NCBI GenBank assembly: GCA_963835065.1
Contig: CAWIEK010000001.1
Coordinates: forward strand, 64,001-128,000
Reading direction: 5' to 3'
Length of the DNA stretch: 64,000 nt
Source: an uncultured Chthonomonadaceae bacterium
GTDB taxonomy: Bacteria; Armatimonadota; Chthonomonadetes; Chthonomonadales; Chthonomonadaceae
The notes beneath the pieces were generated by a model, which ran no database searches, was not told where the DNA came from, and saw nothing but the letters and a program-made list of their open reading frames with translations. The first letter of the stretch is position 1; every line of letters begins with the position of its first letter. The translations under genes were made by a program, and so were the position numbers. Below are positions 20,042 through 30,020 of this stretch, piece by piece.

Positions 20042-20488
20042 TTTCAGTTTGGCGTTGTCATTGCCAAGCGCGGCCAGGGCATCGTCGAGCAGGAAGCGGA
20101 CGCCGCGCATCTTCTTATTCCAGGGCAGCAGTTCGCCATTGGCAAGTTTGGCGTTGTCGCGCAGGTTGTTCCAACGCGCTTCCTGCGGAACCCAAAAAAC
20201 GTTTACTTCGCGGTAATAATCGCGGTTTTCCAGTTCCGCTTCAATGTCATCTTCCAACGTCAGGCCGTAGTCCGCCGCGTCCATGTAATACTCATCGCCG
20301 GGATCGCGGAACTTGCGCGCCAGCTCCTGCCGCCGATCCTCGAAAGCGTCACTGGTGTATTTCAGGAAGATCAGCCCCAGCACGACATGCTTGTAGACCG
20401 CCGCATCCAGGGAGGAGCGCAGGCGATCCGCCGCGTTCCACATCTTCTTGTCAAGATCGTTGAGGAACTGCTGTTCCGTAGTGTTCAT
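20042..20488 (-). pseudogene. hsdM: Truncated hsdM 5' fragment (~149 codons); direct repeat copy 2 extends to 20583
   Basis: Near-identical to the hsdM N-terminus; homology ends abruptly at 20042. Confidence 0.88.
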
Positions 20489-20679
20489 ACTGTCCTCTGG
20501 CTATGGGGTTCCCATAAACAATTACTTGCTGCGTCCGCAGGCAACCGGAACCATAATTCGCCATCGAACCGGAAAAACCTGCTTAAATTTCATTAGATAA
20601 GGCAACTCTCTCGCTAAATACGCAGGATTTTGCTTGCTGTGAGTTGAATGAGTGTATCAACAAATAAGGCAGGTCAGAG

Positions 20680-20838
20680 ATGGCAGATAGTTTCGGACAG
20701 GAAACAGAACCGCGCTGGAAACAAATTATTGGCGTGTTCAAGAACGATCCGCTTTTCGATGAAGCGGAACGCTTAGGGCGCGAAGGGCGCGAAGCACAGC
20801 GTATGGAGTATGACGACGATGCCGATACACCTGCCTGA
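20680..20838 (+). CDS. 52-aa antitoxin-like small protein (not in ORF track)
   Basis: MADSFGQETEPRWKQIIGVFKNDPLFDEAERLGRE...; resembles small proteins that precede PIN toxins. Confidence 0.5.
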   Translation: MADSFGQETEPRWKQIIGVFKNDPLFDEAERLGREGREAQRMEYDDDADTPA

Positions 20839-20921
20839 AGGTGGAAGACTGGTCGGTTTGAGGATTCGCGGCCTGCCTGATAATGGAAGCGCGATTGACA
20901 AATTTTTGGAGGGTATCGCGC

Positions 20922-21911
20922 ATGGCACGGCCTAAAATTGGCGTTTTGATTCACGCTCCCCTGCGAGAGCAATTGTTTCGCGCGGAAGATTGGCGGCATC
21001 TGGAAACATTGGGCGAGGTCGTGGCTACGGACACGACAGCGCCGATTTCCGTGGATGCCGCCTGCGATTTGCTTGCGGACTGTGAGGTTGGTATCGGCTC
21101 GTGGCAGACGCCCTGGCCGAACGCCCTGCTGCTGGACGCCTGCCCAAAACTGAGGCTGTGGGAACACGCGGCGGGAACCGTGAAACATTTCTTCGGGCCG
21201 CATCTCGATGGCCGCAATCTCACCATCGCCTCCTGCAAAACCGCCATTGCCGACTGCGTGGCCGAAATGACGCTGGCGGAAATCATTCTCGGATTGCGGG
21301 GCGTGTTCCCCAATGCGGCTGCCAACCGCAAGGCCATTGCGGCCAAACCCGCCCGTATGCGCGTACTGTTCGGCTCCACGATTGGCGTCATCGGCGCGTC
21401 GGAAGTGGGCCGGCGCGTAATTCGACGGCTTGCGCCTTTTGAGCCGACCATTCTGCTGTATGACCCGTTTGTTTCCGACGCGCAGGCGCGGGAATTGGGC
21501 GTAACGCTTGTGGAAGATTTATTTGACCTGTGCCGCGCCTGCGATGTAGTCACGCTGCACACGCCCGACATACCCGCCTGCCGCCCCGCCCTGTCCGCGC
21601 CCCACTTCGCCGCCATGCAGGACGACGCGATTTTCATCAACACGTCGCGGGGCGCCTGCATTGACGAGCCGGCTCTAATCGCGGAATTAGAGCGGGGGCG
21701 CTTGTTCGCGTTTCTGGACGTGTCCGCGCCCGAACCCGCGCCCGCAGACAGCCCCTTGCGTTCGCTGCCCAACGTGGTCTATACTTCTCATATCGCCGGT
21801 CCGCCCGCCACGCTTATCGGACGCCAGGCTGTCCGTGATGTGGAAGCGTTCCTATCCGGCGGCTCGCCCCTGTGCGTCGTCACGGCAGACACGCTGGCGC
21901 ATACCGCATGA
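20922..21911 (+). CDS. D-isomer-specific 2-hydroxyacid dehydrogenase family
   Basis: GVIGASEVG, INTSRG, FLDV..PEP, SHIAG. Confidence 0.9.
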   Translation: MARPKIGVLIHAPLREQLFRAEDWRHLETLGEVVATDTTAPISVDAACDLLADCEVGIGSWQTPWPNALLLDACPKLRLWEHAAGTVKHFFGPHLDGRNLTIASCKTAIADCVAEMTLAEIILGLRGVFPNAAANRKAIAAKPARMRVLFGSTIGVIGASEVGRRVIRRLAPFEPTILLYDPFVSDAQARELGVTLVEDLFDLCRACDVVTLHTPDIPACRPALSAPHFAAMQDDAIFINTSRGACIDEPALIAELERGRLFAFLDVSAPEPAPADSPLRSLPNVVYTSHIAGPPATLIGRQAVRDVEAFLSGGSPLCVVTADTLAHTA

Positions 21912-22039
21912 AGGAATCGGAGCAGAAAAGAAGAACTTAACAGACAAGTATCATCAGATAAATTCAACGACATATTCTGTACACTGCAAACGGACGAATT
22001 CTGCGCTGTGCAAGCAGGCGAGAACGAGGAGTAGGAGTT

Positions 22040-23056
22040 ATGCGCGTACTGGTGTTGGGCGGGACGAAGTTTATTGGGCCGTTTGTAGTGCGCAGCCTGC
22101 ACGGGATGGGGTGCGAGATTGCCGTGTTTCATCGGGGGCAGAGCCAGGCGGATTTGCCGGGGGGTATACAGTATATACTGGGCGACCGTAACGCGCTGGA
22201 AGACTTTGCGCCCGCGTTCCATGCCTTTGCGCCCGAAGTGGTTTTGGACATGCGGCCACTCGGCGAAGCGGACTCGCAGCGCGCGATGAACGTGTTTACG
22301 GGCAAAGCGCGCCGCGTGGTGATGGTCAGCAGCGTGGACGTGTACCGCAATTACGACGTGCTGCGCGGCAAAGAACCCGATCCTGCCGACCCAGCTCCGC
22401 TTACCGAAGACTCGCCCCTGCGCCCGCAGCTCTACCCGTACCGCGAACCTGGCATTGCCGACCCCAACGACTTCCGCAATGTGTACGACAAAATTCTGGC
22501 CGAGCGCGTTTATTTGAGCGATACCGGTCTGCCGGGAACGGTCTTGAGATTGCCGTTTGTTTATGGCCCGGGCGACTATCAGCACCGCTTGTGGACATAT
22601 TTGAAGCGCATGGACGACGGACGTCCCGCCATTATTCTGGCGGACGAGTGCGCCCAATGGCGTTCCGGGCGCTGCTATGTGGAAAATGTCGGTCACGCGG
22701 TTGCCCTTGCGGTTGTCAATGACCGAGCCGCCAACCGCGTTTACAACGTGGCGGAACCGGAAGGCTGGACGGAACAGGAATGGATTACCCTTATCGGGCG
22801 CGCGGCGAAGTGGAACGGGCAAATCGTTACGCGCCCCAATGCCGGCTTGCCTCCCTCCCTGCAATGTGAAGGCAATATGGCCGCGCCTCTGACCACTTCC
22901 AGCCAACGCCTGCGCGACGAATTGGGCTATCAAGAGGTCGTGGCGCAGGACGAAGCGCTTGCCCGGACTGTCGTTTGGGAGCGCGCCAACCCGCCCGGCC
23001 AATCGCCACCCGATGCTTTCGATTATGAGGCGGAAGACGGAGTGCTTTCAGGCTAA
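22040..23056 (+). CDS. NAD-dependent epimerase/dehydratase
   Basis: VLGGTKFIG, YDKILAE, LRLPFVYGP. Confidence 0.9.
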   Translation: MRVLVLGGTKFIGPFVVRSLHGMGCEIAVFHRGQSQADLPGGIQYILGDRNALEDFAPAFHAFAPEVVLDMRPLGEADSQRAMNVFTGKARRVVMVSSVDVYRNYDVLRGKEPDPADPAPLTEDSPLRPQLYPYREPGIADPNDFRNVYDKILAERVYLSDTGLPGTVLRLPFVYGPGDYQHRLWTYLKRMDDGRPAIILADECAQWRSGRCYVENVGHAVALAVVNDRAANRVYNVAEPEGWTEQEWITLIGRAAKWNGQIVTRPNAGLPPSLQCEGNMAAPLTTSSQRLRDELGYQEVVAQDEALARTVVWERANPPGQSPPDAFDYEAEDGVLSG

Positions 23057-23114
23057 TGTCGGTTCGCCTGTCTCGGTATACAGAAAAATAGGAGGAAAGT
23101 TCCTGAAAACCCTC

Positions 23115-23144
23115 TTTACTTTGGATTCAAGAAAATGGTATTCT
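23115..23144 (+). promoter_or_regulatory. Sigma70-like promoter with extended -10
   Basis: TTTACT-N18-TATTCT with TG; same -10 as at 50093. Confidence 0.4.
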
Positions 23145-24009
23145 TACAGAAGCATGTGAAAAGTCCCTCTAGTTTGGTTTTCACGCTGCCGATACTTCAT
23201 TTGGGATCAGGAAGTACCCCTCGCCTCGCAGCGCGTTGATTTCCCCCTTGCTGTCCAGTGGCCTTGCTGACGTGGCATTTCTGCCGCGCAGCGCGCGCTG
23301 TCGGCCAGGTTTGCTCACATCGTTTTTCCTGCGCGGTCACACAAACCGGCATACTCTGTTGCGCCTGCCTCCCCGATGGCACAATGCCCTGCGCGGTGTT
23401 GTTGGCTGTTGGATTGTCGCGCTGCAGCCGTGTCCTGTGTCGTTTGGTTTGTGTGAGCCGGTTTGTATTCGCGGGTTGTTATTTCGTTTCGACGCTTGTC
23501 CTGCCGCGCGTCTTCGTTTGTATTCGTTGCAGCCAGCCATGTCAGCGCTTTTCCTGTTTCTTCCGCTTGCGAACCCACTTTTGCGGTCGCGGCGGTTCCT
23601 CGCGCTGCCTGGTGTTGTCCGTATGCCAACTCTTCTCTTCTTCCCGGCATTCACTGCAATTCCTTAGGGCCTGTAAATCTATAACTTCCCGCTGTATTGG
23701 GCGCGGCAAGCAGCGCCCCTGACGGTCTTCTGGAACTTGTTCTTTTACGAACCCTTAGCGCATCGCTGAAAACACGGTTTCCGTTCGCAGCCTTGCGCTG
23801 CTTGTCCAAAACCGGCGAGATTACCTTCTCAACCCTTACCCGAAATCGGGAAAATTACAATCGGAAACCCTTGCGCGGATGGCGCAAAGGGTTAAGTGAC
23901 AGTGGGAAACCTGCGGCGTGTCCACGCCTGCTTTCCAGCGTGGACACGCCGCGAATGCTTTGTAGCTCCGTGACGGGCTTCTACTAACTGTAATTACGGA
24001 GACAATTTG

Positions 24010-25587
24010 ATGCGAATACGACATACTTTACTTGCGGCCCTGTGCCTGCTGTTGTGGACAAGCAGCGCGCTGGCGCAAAACAATACGATTTCCTGGGATG
24101 GCAAGAATATGTACTTGCTCGGAACCAACATGCCCTGGAAAAACTACGGCACGGATTTTGGAACGGGGGGTTGGGGCAAGTTTACCGACTGGAACGACAT
24201 CGGCGGTAACTTCCAAACCATGCAGGCGCAGAAGGTCAACACGGCGCGCTGGTTTATGTTTGCCGATGGCCGCTATTCCCCGGAATTTAACGCGCAGGGA
24301 AAGGTGACGGGACTGGACAGCCAGTTCTTTACGGATGTGGATTATGCGATGTGGCTTGGCACTACCCAGCATGTGTACTTGATGCCCTGCCTGCTGGATT
24401 TTATCGCGTTCGGCGGTATCCAGTCGGCAGGCGGCGTGACGGGCGGCGGACACAGCGCCATCATCACCGACCCCGTTGTGCAGCAGAGCTATCTGGACAA
24501 CGCGCTCAAGCCCCTGCTGCAGCATGTGGCGGCCAGTCCTTATCGCGCTTCGATTCTGGCGTATGATATTTGTAACGAGCCGGAATGGATGATTAAGGAA
24601 ATCGGGTACGGCGGAAGCCTGCCGATGGCGCAGGTGCAGACGTTCGTCAAGCGGTGCGCGGATTACATCCATCAGTACGGCGGCGGCGCCTATGCCACGC
24701 TGGGAAGCGGCACGCCCTGGTGGACATCGAACTGGAAAGGGCTGGGATTGGACTTCTACCAGGCCCACTACTATCCTAATTACGACTGGCATGACGGCGG
24801 CTATGCGGGCGCGGCGCTTGTGCCTTGCAGCAGCCTGGGGTTGGACAAGCCCTGCATCATCGGCGAGTTTACCACCGCCAACCCCAACTATGCGATTGGT
24901 AATACGACGCCTTTAAGCGCGCAATGGCACCTGGATACCATTTACAAGAACGGCTATGCCGGGGCGCTGGGATGGAGCTTCGTGAGCGTGGACAGCGAAA
25001 GCGATTGGCGCAGTTTTGCGCCGGTACTCACGGCCTGGGCCAACGCGCATAATACGATAGCCCCCGCTGCCACGCCCACTACGGCGGCTTTTGTCAAATC
25101 CGACGCGGGTACATTGGGGTCGTGGAAGGGTAAGTACGGGACGGCGGGCAATGGTATCGTCGCCATGACGCCAAGTTTGCCGGCTTACGCGACGGTTGCT
25201 TCGAGTGGATACTCAACCTGGGTATGGGAGGCGTCCACCACAAATTACGTTGCCTTGCAAAAGCCGGCTTCTACGACGGATCGCATGGCCGCGTGTATGT
25301 ACTCCGCTACCAACTTCCTGGTAGACGTGTATCTGTCGGACGGAAAAACGCATCAGGTAAGCCTGTATTGCACGGATTATGACGCTTATAACCACTGGCA
25401 TCGAGCGCAAACCATAGACGTACTGGACGCCAGCACCAACGCGGTTCTGGATAGCCGCGCCATGAGCAACTACCAGAACGGCGTGTACATGGTGTGGAAC
25501 ATCAAGGGACACGTCAAGTTCCGCCTGACCAATACGGTTGCCGGACAAGGCCCCAACGCGGTTCTCAGCGGTATGTTCTTCGATTAG
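24010..25587 (+). CDS. Secreted clan GH-A (GH5-like) glycoside hydrolase with C-terminal beta domain
   Basis: Signal peptide; ICNEPE acid/base, QAHYY, IIGEF nucleophile. Confidence 0.8.
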   Translation: MRIRHTLLAALCLLLWTSSALAQNNTISWDGKNMYLLGTNMPWKNYGTDFGTGGWGKFTDWNDIGGNFQTMQAQKVNTARWFMFADGRYSPEFNAQGKVTGLDSQFFTDVDYAMWLGTTQHVYLMPCLLDFIAFGGIQSAGGVTGGGHSAIITDPVVQQSYLDNALKPLLQHVAASPYRASILAYDICNEPEWMIKEIGYGGSLPMAQVQTFVKRCADYIHQYGGGAYATLGSGTPWWTSNWKGLGLDFYQAHYYPNYDWHDGGYAGAALVPCSSLGLDKPCIIGEFTTANPNYAIGNTTPLSAQWHLDTIYKNGYAGALGWSFVSVDSESDWRSFAPVLTAWANAHNTIAPAATPTTAAFVKSDAGTLGSWKGKYGTAGNGIVAMTPSLPAYATVASSGYSTWVWEASTTNYVALQKPASTTDRMAACMYSATNFLVDVYLSDGKTHQVSLYCTDYDAYNHWHRAQTIDVLDASTNAVLDSRAMSNYQNGVYMVWNIKGHVKFRLTNTVAGQGPNAVLSGMFFD

Positions 25588-25620
25588 TCCCCCGCAGCCT
25601 TGCGGCCTGCACTGCCATTT

Positions 25621-25670
25621 GAACACGCCTCTCCTTTTCTCCTGTTTTGGAGGAAAGGGGAGGCGTGTTC
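25621..25670. terminator. Hairpin, likely terminator
   Basis: GAACACGCCTC ... GAGGCGTGTTC followed by a T-rich tract. Confidence 0.55.
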
Positions 25671-25748
25671 CGTTTTAAATCTTTTTGCCGAACGCCTAAC
25701 AAAGTTCTATCCTGTACCCGTCTGAGTTATTGGAAGGGGCAGGGGCGG

Positions 25749-26351
25749 ATGAGCGGCGAAATTGAAATCACATATCCGGCAGCGCCGCGCAGCGTGGAAG
25801 ACGAGGCCGATGAGAGTCGGCTGCTGGCGCGGGCGCGCGTGGGCGACCAGGCCGCTATCGGGTGTCTGATTGCCCGCTATCGGCAACGGACGGTACGCCT
25901 GGCGGCGCGTATTCTGCGCCGCCCGGATGAGGCGGAAGATGTGGCGCAGGAAGCGTTTGTGCGCGCGTTCCGTAATCTGCATGCCTTTCGGAGCGAAGGC
26001 CGTTTCTACACGTGGCTTTATCAGATTGTTGTTCGCCTTTGTCTGGATCGGCAGCGCATCCGCAGATGGAATTTGGAAGAACCGCTTGATATGGACGCGC
26101 TGCGCATGGAAGCGGCGCATTTGCCCTCAGAAGCCGTAGAAAACCATGTTTTGGTCGAAATGCTGCTGGACCGGCTCAGTCCGCCCATGCGCGCCATGCT
26201 GGTGCTGCGCGAACTCGAAGGGCTGGAGTACGAAGAAATCGCGGCCATGCTGGATATTCCCGTCGGGCGCGTCAAATGGCGGCTGCACGAAGCGCGTTCT
26301 CAGTTCCGCGTTTTGTGGGAGTCGGTTATGGAGGAGGTAAGCCATGTTTGA
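25749..26351 (+). CDS. ECF sigma-70 factor
   Basis: AEDVAQEAFVRAF, FYTWLYQI, LEYEEIAAMLDIPVGRVKWRL. Confidence 0.92.
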   Translation: MSGEIEITYPAAPRSVEDEADESRLLARARVGDQAAIGCLIARYRQRTVRLAARILRRPDEAEDVAQEAFVRAFRNLHAFRSEGRFYTWLYQIVVRLCLDRQRIRRWNLEEPLDMDALRMEAAHLPSEAVENHVLVEMLLDRLSPPMRAMLVLRELEGLEYEEIAAMLDIPVGRVKWRLHEARSQFRVLWESVMEEVSHV

Positions 26352-26760
26352 CCCTGCGGAAAATTCCCGTTCCGACCAAGCCCTGCGCGTCGGATTGCGG
26401 GAACTGCCGACACCCCACGTGTCGGCGGATTTCGATGCCCGCATACAAGCGGCTTTGCAGCCCCGGCCCGCATGGTGGCAACTCTGGTGGACGCACGCGC
26501 GGCCCGCGTTTCCCATTGCGGTTGGGACATGCGCCGCGATGCTCCTGCTCCTGCATGGGATACAGAACACGTCGCCCAGCCTGCCAACCGCTGCTTCGAT
26601 TGCAAGCGCCCGTTCCGAGGTGAGACAGCAGGCCAATTCCCTGTCCGCTGAATGGCAGGTGAAACAACCGGAAGAAGCGGTTGAAAACATAGACTTGACG
26701 GACGCTTCGCTGCTTTTTTTCAGCCGTCCCTTGCATCGGCGCACAAGCAAAAGCGGCTGA
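26344..26760 (+). CDS. Putative membrane anti-sigma factor
   Basis: Overlaps sigma gene; SADFDARI then a TM helix. Confidence 0.6.
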   Translation: MFDPAENSRSDQALRVGLRELPTPHVSADFDARIQAALQPRPAWWQLWWTHARPAFPIAVGTCAAMLLLLHGIQNTSPSLPTAASIASARSEVRQQANSLSAEWQVKQPEEAVENIDLTDASLLFFSRPLHRRTSKSG

Positions 26761-26782
26761 AATTCAGCCTTGAACCCTCACT

Positions 26783-28786
26783 ATGGGAGCAAACATGATA
26801 GACGCAATACCTACCGAATCGCATGAACGGTTTGCCGCAAAGTTTACGCGCCGCTGGAATGTCAGGCTGGCGGGAGCCGCAGGCGGACTTGTGCTGGCTC
26901 TGCTGATCTCGCCCGGCAGCCGTCGTCTGCTGGTCGCGCAGGCGGAATTGACCGTACCGGTATCCGCAAATGTCGCTTCGCTTGCCGGCGGTCAGCTTGG
27001 CATTCAGGCCAACCCGTTCGAGAGCCGAACTGCGGCAAGAGTATCGGCGGCGACTGCCGAGCGGCATCCTGACGACTTGCAGGTTCAGATTGCCAATGCC
27101 TGCTCGCTGCTGCCGGACGGCAAAACGCCGACTTCCCTGCAAAAAGTACAGCGCCTTCGCGCGCTGAAAAGCCGCTTCGGAGATAGCCCCTCCCTGTATG
27201 CCAATGTCCTGCGTTACGATATAATGGGCGAAATCAGCGCGCATCATAGCGTTGACCAGCGCGACCTGAGCGGCGAACCCATTACAAATGATATGTTGGA
27301 AAACGCGCGCAAAGAGGAGGCGCAATCCCTTAATTTGGTGGCATACAGCGCGTACGACCAAGATTGCGCTGAGGGCGAGCGATTGGACCCGGACAACGCT
27401 TATTTCCCATTTATGCGCGCCATTGGACTTTTCGGCGTTCATCGTGACGGTGAGGCGCTGGAAGCGGTAGCCCTCGCCGCCCGTAAACCGCTCTGGCGCG
27501 AGTATTACAATGACGAGGTGCGGGGCCAGTGGCGATTGCAGGATGAAGGATTTGTCAACAACAGCGCGATTCTTCATTCCCTGTCCGCCATGTTCCTCCT
27601 GTTTCCGCAGTACGCTCAGATGCGCTCGGCGGCTCGCGTGACGATCCATGCGGCGATGCAGGCGGAACAGTCGGGCCATGTCAAAGAAGGCTTGGCGATG
27701 CGCGAAAACGTCGCGCGTCTTGGCAGCCTGATGAGCGCTCATTCCGCCAGCCTGATCGGTTCGCTGGTGGGAAACGCAGTCACTGAAACCGCTATTGCGC
27801 GGCCCGGCGGCGAGGAAGCCATCAAGTCCGACGAGCGCAACGAAAAACAGACGATTGCGGCGCGGCGGGGTCGCTTCGACGCTTATCTGCGGCGCATAAA
27901 CGCCGGGGATGCGCAGGACACGTTTCATGCGGCGCAGCAGGCAAGCGACCAGGCCAGAGAGATTGTCCACGAGGGCAGCAAGCTGGAAGTGTTTGAGCAG
28001 CCGCTCAAGAATCTGATTACCTGGTGGGTGGTGGATTTGGTGACGCTTGCCAACATTCTGTGGCTGCTCGTGTTGGGCGGAATTGCCGGATTGTGTCTGC
28101 GCAGTCCGCGATTGCGGGCGGGTACTGGCCTGCCGGGGTATGCGCGGTTCGCCCTGCCGACGGGCATTGTCGGCGGCATACTGGCCGCGCCCTTCCTGTT
28201 GGCCGGTGGCTCTAACTGTTTCCAGAGCATTGCGTTTGACGACAGAAGCAGGCTGATGTTTGCCGGTCTTACGCCGCTGCTGTTTCTGCTTGTGTTTCCT
28301 GCCGCGACTTTCCGGGAACGGATGAATCGCGTGGGCGTGTTTGCCGGCAGTTGGCTGGCCGGGGCTGTCCTGACGGGGGGCTTCTTCTGGCAGGCGCGGG
28401 GCGCTGCCGGGATCGCTTTGCTGATGCAGGTTTGCTTCAACCTGTCCAATTGGAACGAATCGGCAAGTTCCGCCCTCACTTCCGGCCTGCTGTGGCTCAC
28501 GCCCTGCGTGTCCCTGCTGATGCTGATAGGAATCGCGATTGGCTGCCGCGTCTGCCGCATCCCGCTTTCGGTCGGGCTGGCAAGAGGCTTTCGCGGGCTG
28601 ATGGTTCCCCTCGCGGCGATCCTGTGCCTGATTTACGGCGGCATGTTGGTGTTCACCATCCGCGCCGAAGCCGCCGTTCAGTACAGCCTGGAACGGACGC
28701 TGGACAACGAGGCGCAGTACATCGCCGATATGTCCGGCAAGCAGTGGCCGCGTACCGACGCCAACAAAGCAGTGGGTTCCAAGTAA
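26783..28786 (+). CDS. Hypothetical membrane protein (helical domain plus multi-TM C-terminus)
   Basis: 667 aa; LDPDNAYF TPR-like motif; several hydrophobic helices; start may be 26795. Confidence 0.7.
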   Translation: MGANMIDAIPTESHERFAAKFTRRWNVRLAGAAGGLVLALLISPGSRRLLVAQAELTVPVSANVASLAGGQLGIQANPFESRTAARVSAATAERHPDDLQVQIANACSLLPDGKTPTSLQKVQRLRALKSRFGDSPSLYANVLRYDIMGEISAHHSVDQRDLSGEPITNDMLENARKEEAQSLNLVAYSAYDQDCAEGERLDPDNAYFPFMRAIGLFGVHRDGEALEAVALAARKPLWREYYNDEVRGQWRLQDEGFVNNSAILHSLSAMFLLFPQYAQMRSAARVTIHAAMQAEQSGHVKEGLAMRENVARLGSLMSAHSASLIGSLVGNAVTETAIARPGGEEAIKSDERNEKQTIAARRGRFDAYLRRINAGDAQDTFHAAQQASDQAREIVHEGSKLEVFEQPLKNLITWWVVDLVTLANILWLLVLGGIAGLCLRSPRLRAGTGLPGYARFALPTGIVGGILAAPFLLAGGSNCFQSIAFDDRSRLMFAGLTPLLFLLVFPAATFRERMNRVGVFAGSWLAGAVLTGGFFWQARGAAGIALLMQVCFNLSNWNESASSALTSGLLWLTPCVSLLMLIGIAIGCRVCRIPLSVGLARGFRGLMVPLAAILCLIYGGMLVFTIRAEAAVQYSLERTLDNEAQYIADMSGKQWPRTDANKAVGSK

Positions 28787-28819
28787 CTAAGGATGTATTA
28801 TGTTCTGACCAAAGGACAA

Positions 28820-28855
28820 CAGGCGAACCATGAAAATTTCTTCATGGTTCGCCTG
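28820..28855. terminator. Hairpin between convergent genes
   Basis: CAGGCGAACCATGAA / TTCATGGTTCGCCTG perfect 15-bp stem. Confidence 0.7.
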
Positions 28856-28943
28856 CTTATTTCTCAGTGGAAACCTGCAACAGCGCGTTAAAACGCCGAA
28901 ATTCAACTAACCACCAACCACCAATCACCAGCAACCAATCACG

Positions 28944-29786
28944 TCAGTACGCGATAAACTGCTCCAGGTACTTTTTGCCGATTAGGAAGCCTTCTTCGCG
29001 CTCTACGGCGTCGTCCTCATGCTCGATGGAAATCACGCCGTTGTAGCCGTTGCGGCGCAGGGCGGCGATGTACTCGCCCCACTTGATTTGTCCCAAACCC
29101 GGAATCACGTAGCGCCACCAGCCACTGCCCTGATTGCCGACGATGCGCTTGACGTGCGTTTTTACTTCCGTATCCTTGCCGTGCGTGTGGAAAATGCGAT
29201 CCGCGAACTTGTCTACGGCTTCGATGTAGTCAATGTCCTGCCACAGCAGGTGCGACGGGTCGAAGTTCAGGCCCAGGTTGTTCTGCGGCAGCACTTCAAA
29301 CAATCGCTGCCAGTGGGCAAGGTTTTGGATGTTGGTGGCCGTCCAGTTTTCCAGCGCCAGGCTGACGCCCTTTTCCGAAGCGTGATCCAGGATAGGCGGA
29401 AACACTTGCAGGCAGTCTTCCTCAATGGTCTTGAAGCGATCCTTGCCATTGGGCGGCAAACCGGCCATCGTGGTGACGACGCTGACGCCGAGCAGCGCGG
29501 CGGCGTCAATGGCGTTGTAAAGCGTTTGGATGTTGGCTTCCCGCCGGGCAGGGTCGCCGTCCGTGACATTGGTGTACGCGCCCACCGCCGAGATTTGCAA
29601 TAGCCGTTTTTCCATCAGCGCTTTGATGACTTCTGCGCGTTCGGGCGTGAAGTTGCTGGTGTCAATGTGCTTGCTGCCCGGCCCCGCCGCCACTTCCAGG
29701 CCGCCAAAGCCGTACTCGCCCGCAAACGCGGCCACGATTTCTAAATCTTCCCGGCCAAACGGCCCGGTTAAAATGCCTACATACAT
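28944..29786 (-). CDS. Sugar phosphate isomerase/epimerase (AP endonuclease 2 TIM barrel)
   Basis: LALEN, LNFDPSH, HTHGKD, SIEHED. Confidence 0.9.
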   Translation of the reverse strand: MYVGILTGPFGREDLEIVAAFAGEYGFGGLEVAAGPGSKHIDTSNFTPERAEVIKALMEKRLLQISAVGAYTNVTDGDPARREANIQTLYNAIDAAALLGVSVVTTMAGLPPNGKDRFKTIEEDCLQVFPPILDHASEKGVSLALENWTATNIQNLAHWQRLFEVLPQNNLGLNFDPSHLLWQDIDYIEAVDKFADRIFHTHGKDTEVKTHVKRIVGNQGSGWWRYVIPGLGQIKWGEYIAALRRNGYNGVISIEHEDDAVEREEGFLIGKKYLEQFIAY

Positions 29787-29797
29787 GACAAACCCCC

Positions 29798-30020
29798 GAT
29801 TGTGGATTGTGGATTGACGATTTTCGATTGACGATTGTGGATTGCCAATTAGTTACGTTCCGTTCGTCAATGTGTTTCATGCGGACTTATTCTGGTTTTG
29901 GGCTGCCACTTCCTGCCCAATTTTCGCCGTCAGCAAAGTGAAACGAAAAAACAGCCCGCGCAAGAGCAGCGCAGGCTGTTAAATCGTCAATTGCAAATCC
30001 ACAATCCACAATCGAAAATC
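29798..30020. repeat. Heptamer inverted arms (GATTGTG / CACAATC) enclosing a hairpin
   Basis: Arms at 29798-29847 and 29981-30020; internal AACAGCC..GGCTGTT hairpin. Confidence 0.8.

Noticed and set aside
23258..23722. Cys-rich ORF as a RiPP or metallothionein
   Set aside because: Explained by the T/G-rich composition; no SD and no modification enzymes
23860..23960. c-di-GMP or other known riboswitch before the hydrolase
   Set aside because: Consensus elements could not be matched by eye; needs Infernal
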